This document shows positions 1 through 9,117 of a stretch of DNA of 64,000 nt, piece after piece; position 1 is the first letter of the stretch; each line of letters opens with the position of its first letter. A program made the translations under genes and the position numbers. This stretch comes from an uncultured Bacteroidales bacterium (GTDB taxonomy: Bacteria > Bacteroidota > Bacteroidia > Bacteroidales > ML635J-15): positions 515 through 64,514 of the forward strand of contig CALJNE010000006.1 of NCBI GenBank assembly GCA_937982115.1, read 5' to 3'. The notes beneath the pieces are model-generated. The model was given only the letters and a program-made list of their open reading frames with translations, was not told the origin of the DNA and did no database searches.

Positions 1-489
1 GCAAATATTTTTTTCATCAACGTACTCAATTGTAACGCCTCCCTGCTTTGGCATACCAAGTGACCAATTAAACCAAACCACTCCGTAAATTGTGCTTATT
101 GTTACCCTACTCCACAGACCATTATCATATTCGTGGTACAAATACTCTCCTTTTTGAATTTTCATGCCCTTACGTGCATATAATTCAACATTTATCTGAA
201 CATCGTCTTCTTCCAACTCTTTTTTCTCTTCCGGTGAGTAATTAAATAAATGTAGACTAACTGTTGAATCATTTTCAAAATCATACTCAAAATATCTCAC
301 ATTAAAATCTGAAATATCCAGCTTCAAAGTATCTTTCATTCCATAAAAATAATCACTGATGTGCAAGGAAAACTTGTTAGGAAAATCACAAATACTTTGT
401 TTTTCTTCTTCTTTAGGTTTCTGTTTGCAAGAAAAAACCATCAAAAAAGAAATCAAAATTAAACTCGTTAAAAAAAGTTTTTGTTTCAT
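1..489 (-). CDS. Hypothetical lipoprotein, truncated by the window edge
   Basis: Not in the ORF track; read manually. ATG at 489, open to position 1 (MKQKLFLTSLILISFLMVFSCKQKPKEEEK...), with a hydrophobic signal and lipobox-like FS-C followed by charged residues. Starts 27 bp after the stop of the preceding minus-strand gene. Confidence 0.8.
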   Translation of the reverse strand, partial: MKQKLFLTSLILISFLMVFSCKQKPKEEEKQSICDFPNKFSLHISDYFYGMKDTLKLDISDFNVRYFEYDFENDSTVSLHLFNYSPEEKKELEEDDVQINVELYARKGMKIQKGEYLYHEYDNGLWSRVTISTIYGVVWFNWSLGMPKQGGVTIEYVDEKNIC

Positions 490-516
490 GGCTGTTAGTT
501 TTGGTTAAACATCATT

Positions 517-3348
517 TTATTTGTTACAAATATTTTTAAAAATACAAAATTTGCAATTATTCTCGTTTTCTGTTTGAATTATTTCAAGATTTACATCAAG
601 CATTTCGCCTACAACATTTTCTAAACATTCAAGCAATTCATTTTGCATGTCCATTGTAAAGTCATTAACAGTAATATTACCTTTAACAAAAAGTAATTCT
701 TCTACTTTTTCCACATTGTTTATCTGCTTTAATTCATAAATACATGGAGTTACAGTTTTGTCTAAATTATTGTTCTTATAAATCATCGAATAAATCATTA
801 ACTGTGTGGCAATACCGGCTTTATAACTTCTATTAATTTCGAATAAAGACAAAATTGAAGAAAATTTTTTATCAGCATCACCGGTTTTATAGTCTATAAT
901 ACGTACAGCATTATTGTAAGAATCTATTCTGTCTATTTTTCCTTTGATATTTAACTCGAAATTGTTTGTAAGCTTAAATTTGCCGGAGAGTACTTCTTCC
1001 TGGCTCAAAAGTACAAAAGGAATGTGTTTGCTGTCAAATTCAAGTAAATTTTTTACATATCTTGCCACAACTTCAACGAGAAGCATATTTTTAAATGACT
1101 CAACAAAATCAATTTCCTGTAGTTTATAATATTCTATTATCTGATTTTTTATTGTTGATTTTATATGCTCTGTAGATTTTATCAATTTTTCCAAATCATT
1201 TTTATTTACTAACTTTCCTTGAAATGGTTGATACAAAGTTTTCATGACTTCATGAAAAATAGAACCGAAATCATTGGCTTCTATGCTCTCGATTGTAGTT
1301 TTCGGTTCCTTTATTTCAAGAATATACCTGAAGTAATGTTTTAATCTGCAATCAAGATAAGTATTAATTTCAGACGGACTAATTCCGCTTGATAATTTGC
1401 TTCTGTATTTTTCAATTATAATTTCATCTTTTTTCACAACAACTCTGCCCGAAGAGTTTATGTTAATCCTAAATCCAAGATTTGTAAACTTTATTTTAGA
1501 TTCTTTTGTTGCAAAAACTTCGTACTTCAATTGCGATATAAACCTCGACGGTTCTGTGGCATTGTCTCCGGCAAATGAAGAATACAGGACTTTAACTTCT
1601 TTTGCTCTTTGCAGCAAGCGATAGAAATAATAGGCATATATACTATCTTGAAATTCAATCACCGGCATATCGTACGCCTTGCGAAGACTATATGGAATTA
1701 TACTTTGTGCAGTCCCGGATTTAGGAAAAACTCCTTCGTTGATTGAAAGCATAATTATTCTATCGAAATCAATACAGCGTGTTTCAATGAATCCCATTAC
1801 CTGAACACCTTCGATAGGTTTTCCTTCAAAAGCAAGTGTCTGGTTTCTCAAATATGATAAAAGCAATTTAAAATATTCTCGTTTGTCGGTGAAGATATCT
1901 TTAAATTCTTTTAAAGATGAAAAAATCAAATTCAATGTGCTTTGAATCTTGAAAATAAACTGAAGTTCAATATCTGAATCGGGAATTTCAAAAAACTTAT
2001 CAAAAATAAAATTCACAACCTCAAGCAACCAATTGTTAATTTCAGACACTTCATCCGGCAAATCCTTAAAAATCAAACTTGTTAATTCGTCCAAAAACAA
2101 AGCATCACATTCAACATAAATCTGATTGTTTGAAATGATATTTTGCTTAATTGTATCGGTCTGACTCACACATAATTTCTTAATATATTGATGATTAAGA
2201 ATATTTATGACTTTTGCTGCATAAAAATAATTTCTATTCTGCCTGTTTTTAGCGGTCAGGCGTAAATCTAACAAATATGATAAAAATGTGAATGCAGAAG
2301 TCGTTCTTAACGGATAGCCCATCGAGATATTGTACGAGTCAACATCTGTTGGAATTGCTGACATTAATGGAATTAACAAACTTTCATCGGCAAGTATTAT
2401 TGCTGTTTTTTCAGGGACAAAATCTTCTCTTTTTCTCCATTCGTTCAATATTAATCCGGCCTGATTTACCAGACTCACCGAAGACGGCATACCTATCACT
2501 TCAACATCAAATTCAGGATCGCTGATTGTATCCGTAATACCAATGTTGCTACTTTGTTGACTAAAATTATAAATGTATTTTTTCAAGAACATTCCTGCCT
2601 CGTGATTTTGAACTCTGGACAGGTAATATTTATCTGCATCCCAATAAAATACAAGTTTACTGCCAATAAATTTGAATAATTCGATTTCACACTTATTTAA
2701 AGCATTAAATCCAATTGCAAGATATTTACTTTTAGGAAAATGTTCTTCGCTAAGTTTATTTATTGCTATTTTATATGCCAAACCTTGATAGGCTATTCTC
2801 TCCGATAAAAGTTCTTCATTAAATTTAACATATAAGTTATAAAGTATGCTCCATAAATCAAGAAACTTCTGTTTCAATTCACTGTCCTCAGATTCCACAA
2901 TATGCTTCCAAAAACGTTGTAAAACTTCTTTCTCTTCGGGACTAATGAAATTAAATTTTTCATCAATTTCGGAAATATCACTGATATTTGAAAAAAGTTT
3001 TTCAGCATCAACAAGATATTTTTCTATATCGTCAAAATCATTAAGAATAGTTTGCCCCCAGGATTGAAATTCTTCAAATGTCTCACTTGTCACCTTTATT
3101 TCTTTATAAACCTGATAAAGTTTTATCAATAAAAATAAATCATCAGGAATGTATAATCCTGAGAAATCTTCAAATAAACTGCTTATTGTTCTTATGTTTG
3201 GAGCAATAGTTACAGCTGACACTTTGTTTTTTAAATACTCGTTTATATATAAAGCAAGTCTGTTATTTGGAACTATAATTTCCAGATCGTTAAAATCCGG
3301 ATATTTTTGAATAATTTCATCAGTTACAGTATCTAGAAACGATTTCAT
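517..3348 (-). CDS. PD-(D/E)XK nuclease family protein with degenerate helicase N-terminus (AddB/RexB-like)
   Basis: 943 aa. IIVPNNR at the N-terminus, ISPSEINTYLDC, KGKIDRID...IIDYKTG nuclease motifs, QLMIY, and C-terminal CKFCIFKNIC (Fe-S-type Cys pattern). Confidence 0.85.
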   Translation of the reverse strand: MKSFLDTVTDEIIQKYPDFNDLEIIVPNNRLALYINEYLKNKVSAVTIAPNIRTISSLFEDFSGLYIPDDLFLLIKLYQVYKEIKVTSETFEEFQSWGQTILNDFDDIEKYLVDAEKLFSNISDISEIDEKFNFISPEEKEVLQRFWKHIVESEDSELKQKFLDLWSILYNLYVKFNEELLSERIAYQGLAYKIAINKLSEEHFPKSKYLAIGFNALNKCEIELFKFIGSKLVFYWDADKYYLSRVQNHEAGMFLKKYIYNFSQQSSNIGITDTISDPEFDVEVIGMPSSVSLVNQAGLILNEWRKREDFVPEKTAIILADESLLIPLMSAIPTDVDSYNISMGYPLRTTSAFTFLSYLLDLRLTAKNRQNRNYFYAAKVINILNHQYIKKLCVSQTDTIKQNIISNNQIYVECDALFLDELTSLIFKDLPDEVSEINNWLLEVVNFIFDKFFEIPDSDIELQFIFKIQSTLNLIFSSLKEFKDIFTDKREYFKLLLSYLRNQTLAFEGKPIEGVQVMGFIETRCIDFDRIIMLSINEGVFPKSGTAQSIIPYSLRKAYDMPVIEFQDSIYAYYFYRLLQRAKEVKVLYSSFAGDNATEPSRFISQLKYEVFATKESKIKFTNLGFRININSSGRVVVKKDEIIIEKYRSKLSSGISPSEINTYLDCRLKHYFRYILEIKEPKTTIESIEANDFGSIFHEVMKTLYQPFQGKLVNKNDLEKLIKSTEHIKSTIKNQIIEYYKLQEIDFVESFKNMLLVEVVARYVKNLLEFDSKHIPFVLLSQEEVLSGKFKLTNNFELNIKGKIDRIDSYNNAVRIIDYKTGDADKKFSSILSLFEINRSYKAGIATQLMIYSMIYKNNNLDKTVTPCIYELKQINNVEKVEELLFVKGNITVNDFTMDMQNELLECLENVVGEMLDVNLEIIQTENENNCKFCIFKNICNK

Positions 3349-4322
3349 AAAATTGATTTTTGAATTAAGAATAAATCTGCCATAGCAATTGCAGCAGCAT
3401 TTTCAACAACTACAGGTGCTCGTAAGACATAACAGGCATCATGCCGTCCGGTAATTTCAAAATCAGAAATTTCGTTTGTAATAAAATTATATGTTTTCTG
3501 TTTTTTTAGTATGCTTGATGCAGGTTTAAACCACACTCTTAAAACAATTTCGTTTCCATTAGTAATACCTCCGTTAATTCCTCCGGCATTGTTGGTTTTA
3601 GTTTTTCCGTACTTATCAATAAAAACATCGTTAAATTCCGAACCTCTGACATAAGCAGATTTTAATCCTTCGCCAAATTCGATAGCTTTTGCTCCGGGAA
3701 TGCTGAATATAATATGTGAAATCACAGATTCTACAGAATCAAAAAAAGGTTCCCCCAATCCTATTGGGACATTGTTAATTTTGCATTCGATAACACCTCC
3801 AATAGAGTCTCCTTCTGATTGAATTTTTTCGATTAAAGCTTCATATTCTTTTGTTCCTCCCGTAAGAATTAGGTTTGAACAAAACTTAATTTCAGGAATA
3901 ATCTTTTTTGCAATAACTCCGGCCGCTACAATACCGAGAGTTAGTCGTCCCGAAAAGTGTCCACTGCCAAGAGGATTGTTAAATCCTTTATATTTTTTAG
4001 CCGCAACAAAATCTGCCTGACCCGGACGATAAAACCCATTAAATGCGTAATCCGATGACTTAATGTTTTTGTTTTCAAAAATAATAAGTATCGGCGAACC
4101 TGTTGTTTTATCATTATACACTCCCGATTTTATTTGAGGAATATCATCTTCAATTCGAGAGGTTGTGCCTTTTGCTCCGGGTTTGCGTCTGTTTATATAA
4201 GGTATAAAATCTTCAACTTTTATATCTAATCCGGGGGGACATCCGTCTATTAACACTCCTACTACACTCCCATGTGATTCTCCAAATATTTCAACTTTAA
4301 AAAGCCGTCCAAAACTGTTCAT
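3345..4322 (-). CDS. aroC: Chorismate synthase (divergent)
   Basis: Motifs FGESHG, IDGCPPG, RRKPG, GDSIGG, GLGEPFFDS, TNNAGGINGGITNG, FKPASSI, GRHD. ATGA overlap with the downstream gene. Confidence 0.9.
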   Translation of the reverse strand: MNSFGRLFKVEIFGESHGSVVGVLIDGCPPGLDIKVEDFIPYINRRKPGAKGTTSRIEDDIPQIKSGVYNDKTTGSPILIIFENKNIKSSDYAFNGFYRPGQADFVAAKKYKGFNNPLGSGHFSGRLTLGIVAAGVIAKKIIPEIKFCSNLILTGGTKEYEALIEKIQSEGDSIGGVIECKINNVPIGLGEPFFDSVESVISHIIFSIPGAKAIEFGEGLKSAYVRGSEFNDVFIDKYGKTKTNNAGGINGGITNGNEIVLRVWFKPASSILKKQKTYNFITNEISDFEITGRHDACYVLRAPVVVENAAAIAMADLFLIQKSIL

Positions 4323-4346
4323 TAAATATGATATTTTTTATAAACT

Positions 4347-4354
4347 CAAATTTA
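4347..4354 (-). promoter_or_regulatory. Bacteroidota sigma-A -7 box (TAAATTTG) for aroC
   Basis: Matches TAnnTTTG about 25 bp upstream of the ATG. Short motif in AT-rich DNA, so support is positional. Confidence 0.5.
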
Positions 4355-4534
4355 AAAAAGATTTTTCAAAATTCAAATTATTGTTTTTATAAAAAAACTT
4401 TGTCTGGTTATAAACAAGGAGTATTATCGCTGTGAATTTATCAAAAAATATTTTAATCCGAATTAATAGACATTAGAGAATTAGCGAACAAATACACACA
4501 AATAGAAAATAAATTGCTATTCACTAAGCAACTC

Positions 4535-5995
4535 TCAAATATTATTATACATCATTTTGTTTTTTTTGGAATTATTCCACAAAAGATAAACAATAAGAGC
4601 AAAAATAATTCCGGCAATAAACGGACATGTTCCGGATAATCCTAATCCTGCATTTTTATGAGGAGCAACAAGTATATAAGTAAAACATATTGCCGTAAGT
4701 ATTAAAGCAGGAATAGTTGTGATTAAATGATTTTTTTTGTTAACGGTAAGATACATTGAAATGGTCCATAAGGTTATAACTGCCAGAATTTGGTTTGAAA
4801 TACCTACAAATTTCCAGATTGTTGCAAATTGAGAGCTTAATACGAAAGTTAAAACAACAGCTACAGCAAAAATTGGGGATGCTATAAGTAATCTTTGTTT
4901 AATTGGTTTTTGGTCAATCTTGATTGCATCGGCAATTATAAGTCTGGCAGATCTGAATGCTGTATCTCCGGAAGTTATAGGACATGCAACAACTCCAATA
5001 ATTGCGATGATAGCACCTACTTTACCAAGCCAGGTTCTGCTTATTTCGTTTACAATCCATGCGGGGTCGTGTGCAGGATTTGATAATTCATAATTTAATC
5101 CGTGTACGTTGCCAAAATAATTCATAGCAGCAGTAGCCCAGATAATAGCAACTATACCTTCTGCAATCATGGCTCCATAAAAAGCAAATCTTGTTTGCTT
5201 TTCATTAGCTAAACATCGCGCCATTAGAGGAGATTGTGTAGCATGAAATCCTGATATCGCACCACAACTAATAACAATAAACATCATTGGGTACAACAAA
5301 TTTGTTTCAGGATTTCGATGGTAATTTTTAAAATCACAAAAACTAATTTCATGCAAGCTCAAAGTTCCGGAAAAACTATAAAATATAATTGCACCACCTA
5401 TCAAAAGAGCCATAAGCAAAAGTGTGGCGCCAAAAAACGGATATATTCTTCCAATAATTTTATCAATTGGGAAAATTGTTGCAAAAAAGTAATATGCAAA
5501 AATTGCTATAAGCCAAAAATCCAGCCCTCCTGAAGTAATTCCGGTTAAAAGTTTTGCTGGCCCGCTTACAAAAGCAACTCCAACAAAGATTAACAATAAG
5601 AATGTAAATATCCTCATGAAATTTCGCGGATATTTTCCAAGATACTTACCAACAAGTTCGGGAAGACTTTGACCATTATTCCTGAGAGAAATAAATCCTG
5701 AGAAGAAATCATGAACAGCCCCAAAGAATATGCATCCCAATACAATCCATAAATAAGCCATTGGACCGAATGCAGCTCCAAGTATTGCTCCGAAAATAGG
5801 ACCCAAACCGGCGATATTCAAAAACTGAATCATAAATACCTTCCATACAGGCAAAGGAGTAAAATCTACTCCATCATTAATCACTACTGCCGGAGTATTT
5901 CGATCTGAATCAACACCGGCAAAACGTGTTACAAACTTCCCATAAAATACATAACCTAAAATCAAAATTGTAATTGAAAGTAGAAAAGTAATCAT
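4535..5995 (-). CDS. cstA: Carbon starvation protein A family peptide/pyruvate transporter
   Basis: Polytopic membrane protein with DGVDF, QFLNIAGLGPIFG, CGAISGFHATQSP and CPITSGDTAFRS motifs. Confidence 0.92.
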   Translation of the reverse strand: MITFLLSITILILGYVFYGKFVTRFAGVDSDRNTPAVVINDGVDFTPLPVWKVFMIQFLNIAGLGPIFGAILGAAFGPMAYLWIVLGCIFFGAVHDFFSGFISLRNNGQSLPELVGKYLGKYPRNFMRIFTFLLLIFVGVAFVSGPAKLLTGITSGGLDFWLIAIFAYYFFATIFPIDKIIGRIYPFFGATLLLMALLIGGAIIFYSFSGTLSLHEISFCDFKNYHRNPETNLLYPMMFIVISCGAISGFHATQSPLMARCLANEKQTRFAFYGAMIAEGIVAIIWATAAMNYFGNVHGLNYELSNPAHDPAWIVNEISRTWLGKVGAIIAIIGVVACPITSGDTAFRSARLIIADAIKIDQKPIKQRLLIASPIFAVAVVLTFVLSSQFATIWKFVGISNQILAVITLWTISMYLTVNKKNHLITTIPALILTAICFTYILVAPHKNAGLGLSGTCPFIAGIIFALIVYLLWNNSKKNKMMYNNI

Positions 5996-6006
5996 TTTAT
6001 TAAGTT

Positions 6007-7530
6007 TTAATTAAACTTCCAGATGAAAATGTCATCCTTTGTTTTAGGACGAAACTCTTCTAACCATCGAAATCCCCGAAGGAATAACTGTTCGTTTTTA
6101 AGCTGTTCAATCGGAATGGTTTCGCCTTTTGGATTTTCATAAAACCATATCATTTTCAGCTTATTGTCTTCAAAAGCAACTTTCATGTTGCTGCTAACAA
6201 TTTTGTTATATGCAGTAATTTCATCGGTATCTTCATCAATAACATAATAGATAGTCTGGCAATCATTTTTTAAATCAATTGTTTCAATTTTATTGTCATT
6301 TATTGTACCTAACATTGTTCGCGAAAGAACCTGATTAAATTTTGCAGTATCTTGTTCAACCTGCATTACAGCAAAAGAATTACCATCAACAAAAAACCAA
6401 TCGGCTTTTTTATCCTTAAAATGTACTTGTATAAAATCGCCTGTAAGTTGAGAATTTTTTCCCCACACAACAGGATTAAAAAACAATTTTAAAATAGAAT
6501 CCTGAGAATTAAAGTACAGCGAATCACAAGCAAGCTGAAAATCTGTTTTATATGCCTGAACTTTATAAAATGCTTTGATATGCCGAAAATCGGCAGTGTC
6601 AACATATATAAATACTGTGTCAGAATGTAGATAAACCACATCATCATCAAAATAATATTCAATTAATGCCTTTTCGGTTAGCATAGCTTTTTGAGGATTT
6701 TCATAAAAATATCCGTAATCTCCATAAGCATTTATATTTTCTACTGTATCAATGATTGAAACATTTTTGAAAGCTTCGCCGAATCTAATTCGTCTGTTAT
6801 AAAATAAACTATCGCCTTTTAAAAAATTGCTACCCGAACGCAACCATGCATTTTCGGAAAATCCGGCTTCGTCTGTTCTGGTATTGTAGAATCCATTTTC
6901 GCAATAAATAAAATTTGAATCAGCAACAATATTTGTTGGTCCATAAAAATATGAAATGGCTGTTTCAGTATTATATCTTAGAGTATCGGAGAACATGGTG
7001 TATTGAGGATTTATCAGCACTACAGAATCCACTGCATAATAGTCTCTGAATCTTGTATAGTAATAACCGCGTTTACTTCTTAACTTATTTTCACCATCAT
7101 AAATTCTACCTTTAAAATAGTAATATGCCATGTCGAGATTTCGGTCATAATCAAGGGAGTCGGTAATAAGAAAAGACTTATTATGCATAAAAATAACAGA
7201 GTCACGCATTTTTGCAATTCTTGTGTCACCGTTATATTCAAGATATTTACCAATTAGCAGAATACTGTCGCCTTGTTTAATTCTGATATTATTAAAAGCT
7301 TTTATTGTATTAGTGTCAAAATAGAAATATGCAGAATCGCAAAACATATAAAAATCCTCGTGCCGGAATACTACTTTACCAAGAAGTCTGTTTACATTTT
7401 CGCCGATACTTTTATCGTACTCCAACGAATTAGCGTGCAGTATCTCTACCTTTCTTGTCTGTTGAGCGTGAGCAGATACCTGAATAAAAAAAGTACAGAT
7501 TAAAAAATATTTTAAAAAATAAATTTTCAT
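6007..7530 (-). CDS. OstA-like (LptA/LptD N-terminal beta-taco repeat) periplasmic protein
   Basis: Signal peptide; repeated 'DSLxY' beta-strand units (MFCDSAYF, TDSLDYD, SDTLRYN, GDSLFYN, CDSLYFN); C-terminal LRGFRW..RPK typical of the Bacteroidota OstA_2 family. Confidence 0.85.
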   Translation of the reverse strand: MKIYFLKYFLICTFFIQVSAHAQQTRKVEILHANSLEYDKSIGENVNRLLGKVVFRHEDFYMFCDSAYFYFDTNTIKAFNNIRIKQGDSILLIGKYLEYNGDTRIAKMRDSVIFMHNKSFLITDSLDYDRNLDMAYYYFKGRIYDGENKLRSKRGYYYTRFRDYYAVDSVVLINPQYTMFSDTLRYNTETAISYFYGPTNIVADSNFIYCENGFYNTRTDEAGFSENAWLRSGSNFLKGDSLFYNRRIRFGEAFKNVSIIDTVENINAYGDYGYFYENPQKAMLTEKALIEYYFDDDVVYLHSDTVFIYVDTADFRHIKAFYKVQAYKTDFQLACDSLYFNSQDSILKLFFNPVVWGKNSQLTGDFIQVHFKDKKADWFFVDGNSFAVMQVEQDTAKFNQVLSRTMLGTINDNKIETIDLKNDCQTIYYVIDEDTDEITAYNKIVSSNMKVAFEDNKLKMIWFYENPKGETIPIEQLKNEQLFLRGFRWLEEFRPKTKDDIFIWKFN

Positions 7531-8501
7531 TATGAGTTCAAAAGAACATCAATAATCTGATCAACACTTATTCCGTCGGCTTCAGCTTTATAATTTTTTA
7601 TAATACGATGCCTAAGAATAATTTTTGCAACTGCCTTTACATCTTCTATATCTGGAGTGTATTTACCGGACAAAACAGCATTAGCCTTTGCTCCGATAAC
7701 CAAATATTGAGAAGCTCTTGGACCAGCACCCCAGTGTAAATATTTCTTAGTTATTTCGGGAGCGAATTCCGATCCCGGACGAGTTTTATTTACAAGTTTT
7801 ACTGCATATTCCAATACATTGTCATTGATAGGAACTTTTCGTATCAGTGATTGAAAATAAATTATTTCCTCGGCTGACAATACCTGTTTTAAGTCAAATT
7901 CTTTGTCAACTGTCGTATTTTTTACAACAGTTAATTCATCCTGATATGAAGGATAATCAACAATTATATTAAACATAAAACGGTCGAGCTGAGCTTCAGG
8001 TAGCGGATATGTTCCCTCCTGCTCAATAGGATTTTGTGTTGCCATTACAAAGAATGGTTCTTCCAATTTATATTCTTTACCGGCAGCCGTAACTGATCTT
8101 TCCTGCATAGCTTCGAGCAAAGCAGCCTGCGTTTTGGGCGGAGTACGATTTATCTCGTCGGCTAAAATAAAGTTTGCAAAAATAGGACCTTTAACAAACT
8201 TAAACTGACGATCTTCACCCAAAATTTCAGTCCCGATAATATCTGATGGCATTAAATCCGGTGTAAACTGTATTCTTTTGTTCTTTAATCCCAAAACTTC
8301 GGCTAAGGTATTAACGAGCATTGTTTTTGCAAGCCCCGGAACACCAATAAGCAAACAATGTCCTCTACTGAAAATCGAGATTAAAACTTCTCTCACTACT
8401 TGATCCTGCCCATATATCTTTTTGGAAACTTCGGCATGTAAAGCTTTATATTTTTCCCTCAAAGCATCAACTGCTTCAACATTATCCTTGTATTGTACCA
8501 T
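7530..8501 (-). CDS. MoxR family AAA+ ATPase
   Basis: GVPGLAKT Walker A, RIQFTPDLMPSDI, ILADEINRTPPKTQAALLEAMQE, ATQNPIEQEGTYPLPEAQLDRF, WGAGPRAS. Confidence 0.95.
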   Translation of the reverse strand: MVQYKDNVEAVDALREKYKALHAEVSKKIYGQDQVVREVLISIFSRGHCLLIGVPGLAKTMLVNTLAEVLGLKNKRIQFTPDLMPSDIIGTEILGEDRQFKFVKGPIFANFILADEINRTPPKTQAALLEAMQERSVTAAGKEYKLEEPFFVMATQNPIEQEGTYPLPEAQLDRFMFNIIVDYPSYQDELTVVKNTTVDKEFDLKQVLSAEEIIYFQSLIRKVPINDNVLEYAVKLVNKTRPGSEFAPEITKKYLHWGAGPRASQYLVIGAKANAVLSGKYTPDIEDVKAVAKIILRHRIIKNYKAEADGISVDQIIDVLLNS

Positions 8502-8520
8502 TTCGTTAAATTTTAAATTG

Positions 8521-8528
8521 CAAATTTA
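8521..8528 (-). promoter_or_regulatory. -7 box (TAAATTTG-CA) for the moxR-ostA-cstA unit
   Basis: TAnnTTTG match about 20 bp upstream of the ATG at 8501. Confidence 0.55.
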
Positions 8529-8605
8529 ATTTATTAAATAAAATATTCCCACATAAAAATCATTCTTTTTAGCTTTTGTTTATTTTTGTGAAAAATTTTT
8601 GGATT

Positions 8606-9067
8606 ATGATACAAAGAATTCAGACGGTATTTTTACTTTTAGCCTTAGCAGCAACATTGAGTTATTTCTTTTTCCCTTTTGGTTACATTATTACTGAAGA
8701 TTCCTTTCAAATTGAAGTTTACACTAAAGGAATGCAACTTAGCGGAGAAAAAATTCATTCGGACTATTCGCTTCTGCCATTGTTTATCTTGATGATATTC
8801 ATAAACCTTGTTACTTTTATCTCTATTTTTCTTTATAAACGCCGAATGTTGCAAATTCGTTTAAATGTATTTAATTTGGTATTGCAACTTGGCAGTATTG
8901 GAGTTAGTTTTTATTTTTTAACAAATGCAGCCGGCAAATTCGGAACCGACTATTCTACAAGTATTTTAATTATTTTACCTGCTGTAGCATTTATCTTTAC
9001 ATTTCTGGCAATACGAGCCATTGCTCGTGACGAAGCTCTAGTTCAATCTTTAAATCGCTTGAGGTAG
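8606..9067 (+). CDS. DUF4293 family membrane protein
   Basis: MIQRIQT start, IFLYKRRMLQ and C-terminal AIARDEALVQSLNRLR signature; 4 TM helices. Start moved to ATG 8606 because a TATTTTTG -7 box sits at 8581-8588. Confidence 0.88.
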   Translation: MIQRIQTVFLLLALAATLSYFFFPFGYIITEDSFQIEVYTKGMQLSGEKIHSDYSLLPLFILMIFINLVTFISIFLYKRRMLQIRLNVFNLVLQLGSIGVSFYFLTNAAGKFGTDYSTSILIILPAVAFIFTFLAIRAIARDEALVQSLNRLR

Positions 9068-9117
9068 AATATTAAAATCTGATAAGTATTAAAATTTATC
9101 GTGTTATAAAATTATTT

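Noticed and set aside
517-3348. Cas4 or anti-phage nuclease interpretation of the PD-(D/E)XK protein
   Set aside because: Length and helicase-like N-terminus fit housekeeping AddB-like proteins; no cas or defence genes are adjacent.
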